In this document: one piece after another, positions 59,437 to 64,000 of the stretch
Layout: each line of letters opens with the position of its first letter
How positions within the stretch are numbered: the first letter of the stretch is position 1
Source of the DNA: Candidatus Marinacidobacterales bacterium
GTDB lineage: Bacteria; Acidobacteriota; Vicinamibacteria; Marinacidobacterales; DATDRI01
Reading direction: 5' to 3'
DNA: 64,000 bases
Assembly: GCA_965226495.1 (NCBI GenBank)
Contig: OZ245365.1
Location: forward strand, 3,648,001 to 3,712,000
The notes under the pieces: model-generated
What the model saw: only the letters and a program-made list of their open reading frames with translations
What the model was told of the DNA's origin: nothing
Databases searched by the model: none
Program-made: the position numbers and the translations under genes

Positions 59437-61566
59437 TCATGAGAGAGCCAACCGAGACAACCGATTGGACCAAAGTGTCTCGAGGGCCAGGAGCACTAAT
59501 GCCGCCGCCAAAAGGTACCACCAGACTTGCTGGCGTCGAGCTTGCTCTGCCGGCGACCACTGTCCGCCGGATTGAGCGTTGTCCACCTCACTCGAGCTTA
59601 CGGCAGCCGCCACCTCTTCAGGATCGAGCGAAGACAAGTCGGACTCGGCGAGATTCAAATTCACCGCCAGAGTAACCGGCTCTGGCGACTGGCTCTTCAA
59701 GAAGCGGAACTCGTAAAACCCTTGTTCATCTAACGTCAGCAAACCTTGTTCCTCTTGCGACGAGAGAAAAGACTTTTCACCGGAGGGGGACATCGCAACC
59801 AGCTCCGCCGAAACCACCGCGCCGGCTTTAGCTTCCAAGACCGCGCCACCAACATTCGCCAACTCGAGTTGTCGCGACAGATCCAATACGTCACCCACCT
59901 CGTGCCAGGCGCTCGCTTCCGCGTAACCTGAGGCATGCTTGACCAGTTGATGGACGAATGGCAAGAACACGGGCTGTACCGCCAAATCGTTCCAAAAAGT
60001 GTCGAGCGTTGAGCTCCAGAGCAAGACTCTTCCATCTCCTATTCGCTTCTCGGCGAGGGCCACCTCCCCATCGTCGAACCGAGCCAGGATACCTTCGGTC
60101 AAGTCTCCCTCCCCGTTGCCTGCGAGAGGTCGATAGCGAAAGAACTTCGCGGGTGAGAAGTCTCCGCTGCGAGGAGCGCTGAAAAGCTCGAAGATCGGAT
60201 GGCCATAATTGAGGTAGGCTAACGTACCACCCCAGTCTGCCGACCTATCCACGGGAGCACCCCATGTCGCAGGCAAGAGCTCGCCGGCCGATCCCGTCCA
60301 TCCGTTGGCGCCACTGCCCTCGCCGAGCACCACCACCAAGCCCCCGCCCGATTCCACGAAATCGCGCAGCAAGCGGGCAGCCGCGGCATTGGGTTCTGGG
60401 ACATCGTTCAGGAAGACCACCGCGCGGCCGTTCAGGTCTTGCCGCGTGAGACTCGACGACTTCTTGACGTCCATTCGAAAAGCTGGGCGCTCACCGAGTG
60501 CCAGCACTCTGCCGAGATAAAGGTTTCGCCGCGCCCGAGCACTTGGTCCTTCCAATACCAGGATCGAAAGTGACTGGCCTGGCCAAATCACGAAGTGAAA
60601 GGCGTTGTCCTGGGGTAGTGCATCTTCTCCGGTTCGGACTGTCCCCCGAGAGACGCCGTCGGGGAGCGTGAACGGCTCGAAACTCACGGTGGCCGAGCTA
60701 TTGGGCTCCAGGTTCGTTCTCTTCTCCCGAAGCTCGCGGCCACCGAGCTCGAGGGAAACCGGAAGGTCAGAAACCGCCTCCGCACCCTTATTAATCAAAC
60801 GGGCCGTCACCACCATGCGTTCTCTCCCGGCACTTCCGGAGACCGACTCGCGCTCGAGCACGACCGTGGTCACTGCCACATTGGACGTTTCGGCCTCGGA
60901 CAGATCCACGGTATTGAGCTTCGTCCCGGGCGGAAGCACTACATCTTCATGCCCCTCCCAACCCACCCGCTGGAAGTCGCTGATCAGAGTCACTTCCTTC
61001 CGCGGCAGATTCGACTCATCGAGAAGCTTCTTCGCGAGTTTCAACGCCGGGCCGTAGCGGGTGCTCCTAAACCCCAAGCCGGCGGTGTCAATGAGGGAGT
61101 GGAGACGAGCTCGGTCCGAGGTGGCCTGGTTCGCGGTGATCGCTCGATCCGAAAAGAAGACCAACGTTGCTCGCTCGCGAGGCTCGATCTCGTCGACGAT
61201 GCGATGCGCGGCGTCAACCGCACGCGTCCATCGATCCTCGTAGCCCATACTGTAAGACCGATCCACAAGGATGACGACTTCCCGTGCGCCCATCAGCGAA
61301 GCGACGGCGCGGCCCGGCCGATCGAGAAACGGACGAGAAAAAGCCACAACCAAGAGCAACAGCGCAAGGCATCTCATTAAGAAGAGCAGCCAATGCTTGA
61401 TCTTCTGACGCCGCACTGAACGATACGGGATTCTGTTCAAGAACATCAGCGACGGAAACTCCACCACTTCCCGTTTTTCGCGATTCGTGAGATGGATGAT
61501 AACGGGAATGGCGAGCGCAACGACGCCGATCAGGAAAGCGGGGGTTAGAAAGCTCAGCCCGGTCAC
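59437..61566 (-). CDS. BatA N-terminal plus vWA domain membrane protein
   Basis: FLTP..IPVIIHL..FPSLMFL..LL.LMR..FSRP; MIDAS DRSYS and ISDFQ; ESDL and C-terminal TM with LETLW. Confidence 0.85.
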   Translation of the reverse strand: MTGLSFLTPAFLIGVVALAIPVIIHLTNREKREVVEFPSLMFLNRIPYRSVRRQKIKHWLLFLMRCLALLLLVVAFSRPFLDRPGRAVASLMGAREVVILVDRSYSMGYEDRWTRAVDAAHRIVDEIEPRERATLVFFSDRAITANQATSDRARLHSLIDTAGLGFRSTRYGPALKLAKKLLDESNLPRKEVTLISDFQRVGWEGHEDVVLPPGTKLNTVDLSEAETSNVAVTTVVLERESVSGSAGRERMVVTARLINKGAEAVSDLPVSLELGGRELREKRTNLEPNSSATVSFEPFTLPDGVSRGTVRTGEDALPQDNAFHFVIWPGQSLSILVLEGPSARARRNLYLGRVLALGERPAFRMDVKKSSSLTRQDLNGRAVVFLNDVPEPNAAAARLLRDFVESGGGLVVVLGEGSGANGWTGSAGELLPATWGAPVDRSADWGGTLAYLNYGHPIFELFSAPRSGDFSPAKFFRYRPLAGNGEGDLTEGILARFDDGEVALAEKRIGDGRVLLWSSTLDTFWNDLAVQPVFLPFVHQLVKHASGYAEASAWHEVGDVLDLSRQLELANVGGAVLEAKAGAVVSAELVAMSPSGEKSFLSSQEEQGLLTLDEQGFYEFRFLKSQSPEPVTLAVNLNLAESDLSSLDPEEVAAAVSSSEVDNAQSGGQWSPAEQARRQQVWWYLLAAALVLLALETLWSNRLSRLALS

Positions 61567-62486
61567 CGCACCCTGCTCAAACGTTGTCGATTCGACAGGT
61601 AATTGAAAAGGGCGTAGTCAAGAGGGGTCGAGGTATCGAAGAACGTGTAGTCGATGCGATTGTCACCAAGCCAGCGGGACAGCCGATCGATATGCTCCGC
61701 CACTAGTTTTCGATACTGCTCGCGCAAATACTCGGGTATGACTGGAATCGCCTCCTCGGTTTCCAAGTCCCGGTAATTAGCCACTTCGTCGAACGGAAAC
61801 TCGACCTCGGCGGGGTCCAAAACGTGAAAGACGATGAGGTCGTTTCCTTTGTACCGAAGGACCTTCACCGCATCCAACACCGCCTCCGGCTCCTCGTAGA
61901 AATCCGAGATGAGAACCATGATGCCGCGACGACGTACGGCTTCCGCAACCTTGGCCAGCGGTGGGCCCAAGGCTCCTCGGCGGCCGGCCTGCAAGCGATC
62001 GATCTTGTGCAGAACGACCTCGAGGTGCTTGGCGGATGGAGGTACGAAGTCCACGATGTCTTCGTCGAAGGTCACTAACCCTACCCGGTCTCGTTGTTTG
62101 TTCGAGAAGTAAGCGAGGCAGGCCGCCAGATAGCGAGCGTAGTCCAACTTCGTGATGCCACGGCTGCCAAACGTCATGGAGCGCGAGAGATCCAGAATGA
62201 GTGTGAAGCTGGTGTTGGTATCGGCTTCGAACTCCTTGACGTAAAACCGATCCGCGCGCGCGAAGAGCCGCCAGTCGATTCTCCGGATATCGTCACCCGG
62301 CATGTAGGCGCGATGTTCGGCGAAATCGACGGAGCGGCCGAGGTAAGGTGATCGGTGGAGCCCGCTGATGAATCCTTCGACGACTGTCCGCGCCAAAAGC
62401 TCCAGGTTGTCGATCTTCCCCAATATCTTGGGGTCCATGAAGCGGGCGGATGCTGTGGGCTCGGCGGTAATTCGCTTTCCTCGCAT
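61563..62486 (-). CDS. DUF58 family protein
   Basis: GLHRSPYLG.SVDFAEHRAYMPGDDIRRIDW, DLSRSM, ISDF. Confidence 0.92.
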   Translation of the reverse strand: MRGKRITAEPTASARFMDPKILGKIDNLELLARTVVEGFISGLHRSPYLGRSVDFAEHRAYMPGDDIRRIDWRLFARADRFYVKEFEADTNTSFTLILDLSRSMTFGSRGITKLDYARYLAACLAYFSNKQRDRVGLVTFDEDIVDFVPPSAKHLEVVLHKIDRLQAGRRGALGPPLAKVAEAVRRRGIMVLISDFYEEPEAVLDAVKVLRYKGNDLIVFHVLDPAEVEFPFDEVANYRDLETEEAIPVIPEYLREQYRKLVAEHIDRLSRWLGDNRIDYTFFDTSTPLDYALFNYLSNRQRLSRVR

Positions 62487-62542
62487 GACGTTTCTCTAAA
62501 CTCTCCTGGCTTCGCTCATTCCTTCAGGCGTTCCCGTCGCCT

Positions 62543-63571
62543 CTACATCTGAGACTTCGGGACCGATACCGCATCCAGCAACTGATCGATGATCTGGCTA
62601 GAGCTCACGCGCTCTGAATCAGCGTGGAAGTTGGTCAGCACGCGATGCCGGAACACAGGATGAACCAGCTGGCGGACGTCCTCGAAGCTCACATGGTAGC
62701 GTCCGTCCATCAGCGCCTTGGCCTTGCCTCCGAGAATGAGGTATTGCGCGGCGCGCACGCTGGCTCCGTACTCCACCCACTTCTTGATGAACTCCGGTGC
62801 TTCGGACTCTCCCGGCCTGCTGATGCGGGCCAGGTTCACCGCGTAACGCATGACCGGCTCCGACACCGGGACTTTTCGCACCAGTTTCTGAAACGCGACT
62901 ATGTCCTTGCCAGTTACAACCGGCTTGAAGTGCAAATCCTGCGGCGATGTCGTAGCTCGCACCACCTCGATCTCCTCTTCTTCCGGCAGATAGTCGATGA
63001 TGATGTCGAACATGAACCGATCCAGCTGCGCCTCGGGAAGCGGATAGGTCCCCTCGAGCTCGATAGGGTTCTGGGTGGCAAAGACGTAGAAGGGTTCTTC
63101 GAGCTTGTAGGTTCGCCCTTGGATGGTGACCTGGTGCTCTTGCATAGCCTCGAGCAAAGCGGACTGTGTCTTTGGTGGCGTTCGATTGATCTCGTCCGCC
63201 AGCACGATGTTGTTGAAAATCGGTCCGGGCATGAAGACGAGCTCCCGGCGTCCAGTTGCTGGGTCTTCTTGAATGATGTCCGTCCCCGTGATGTCTGACG
63301 GCATCAAGTCAGGCGTGAACTGGATACGCGCGAACTTCAAATCCAAGACCTGCGCCACGGTATGGACGATCAGGGTCTTGGCCAATCCGGGCACGCCGGT
63401 GATGATGCTGTTGCCACCGACGAAGAGCGAGAGCAACACCTGATCGATTACCTCATCCTGCCCGACGATCAGCTTTCGCAACTCGACGAGGATCTGCTCG
63501 CGAGCCTCCTTCAATTGATCCGCTAAGGCAATATCATCGGCCGACTCGAGCTCGACTCTTTCTTCTGCCAT
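62543..63571 (-). CDS. moxR: MoxR family AAA+ ATPase
   Basis: GVPGLAKT, RIQFTPDLMPSDITG, LADEINRTPPKTQSALLEAMQE, TQNPIELEGTYPLPEAQLDRF. Confidence 0.95.
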   Translation of the reverse strand: MAEERVELESADDIALADQLKEAREQILVELRKLIVGQDEVIDQVLLSLFVGGNSIITGVPGLAKTLIVHTVAQVLDLKFARIQFTPDLMPSDITGTDIIQEDPATGRRELVFMPGPIFNNIVLADEINRTPPKTQSALLEAMQEHQVTIQGRTYKLEEPFYVFATQNPIELEGTYPLPEAQLDRFMFDIIIDYLPEEEEIEVVRATTSPQDLHFKPVVTGKDIVAFQKLVRKVPVSEPVMRYAVNLARISRPGESEAPEFIKKWVEYGASVRAAQYLILGGKAKALMDGRYHVSFEDVRQLVHPVFRHRVLTNFHADSERVSSSQIIDQLLDAVSVPKSQM

Positions 63572-63593
63572 CGAGACCTTTCCTTTCGTGGTG

Positions 63594-64000
63594 TTAGTGT
63601 GTCATTCCGTAGATGACGTAATTCACTCCCAACTTGTACGCCTCGTTCGAAAGCTCAATGGGGATCCATTCGGTATCCGACCACTCCCAGTAATCGCCGA
63701 TGTCATGGTTGTAGTTGGCGATCACCATCAGACGTTTCGATGGATCGTTATCCTCGAAGATGCCGTAGTAAACCGGTTTGACTTCTGGAAAGTTCGGATG
63801 CTCGAAGTCTAGCGTCTCGATGTGGAAGAAGGAGTCGAAGATGGGATGGGTAACCTCTAGCTGGACCAATTGGGCGCCCGGCAGCACCTGTCGAATCCCA
63901 GCCACGAACTGGTCCCAGTGCCACATCATAAAATCGTCGACCACGAGGAAGCCGCCTTTTTGCAGATAGACGCGTAGATTGGTCGCCTCCTCGTCGGTGA
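63594..64000 (-). CDS. DUF4159 family protein (partial; begins beyond the right edge)
   Basis: GGFLVVDDF, HPIFDSFF, NHDIGDYWEW, AYKLGVNYVIYGMTH. Confidence 0.85.
   Translation of the reverse strand, partial: TDEEATNLRVYLQKGGFLVVDDFMMWHWDQFVAGIRQVLPGAQLVQLEVTHPIFDSFFHIETLDFEHPNFPEVKPVYYGIFEDNDPSKRLMVIANYNHDIGDYWEWSDTEWIPIELSNEAYKLGVNYVIYGMTH

Noticed and set aside
1-64000. Prophage, transposase, defence system, rRNA or tRNA
   Set aside because: No integrase, transposase, nuclease or phage structural motifs and no tRNA/rRNA signatures were found by eye.

Overview
GC-rich bacterial chromosomal window, mostly core genome. An Acidobacteriota (probably Vicinamibacteria-like) origin is inferred from the fused LptF-LptG, the DUF4097 envelope operon, the QSLGDVAR-type secreted protein and the GGGGGTGGGGCCCC intergenic repeats. 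Housekeeping blocks: ntrY/ntrX-type two-component system with nrdR; purC-fis-like-groES; rimO and rimP-nusA-infB-DUF503-rbfA-truB-rpsO-pnp; smc, a MurU-like/AmgK-like pair and asnS; lptFG; metK; a DEAD-box helicase; and a MoxR-DUF58-vWA-DUF4175 operon at the right edge. The best candidate for an undescribed system is a seven-gene minus-strand cluster (43972-50992): feoB, DtxR-FeoA fusion, Fur, porin, periplasmic FMN-binding protein, His-bearing 4-TM protein and ApbE, with two Fur-box-like operators. It looks like a flavinylation-dependent reductive iron-uptake module. Other signals: an array of five hairpins (three with ACGGA loops) abutting the helicase start, tandem NrdR boxes upstream of smc, an in-frame internally deleted CYTH remnant, a frameshifted GT-C-like membrane gene, groES without groEL, and three kinds of intergenic palindromic repeat. 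No rRNA, tRNA, CRISPR array or transposase was seen. All family calls are from motif recognition by eye, not database searches.
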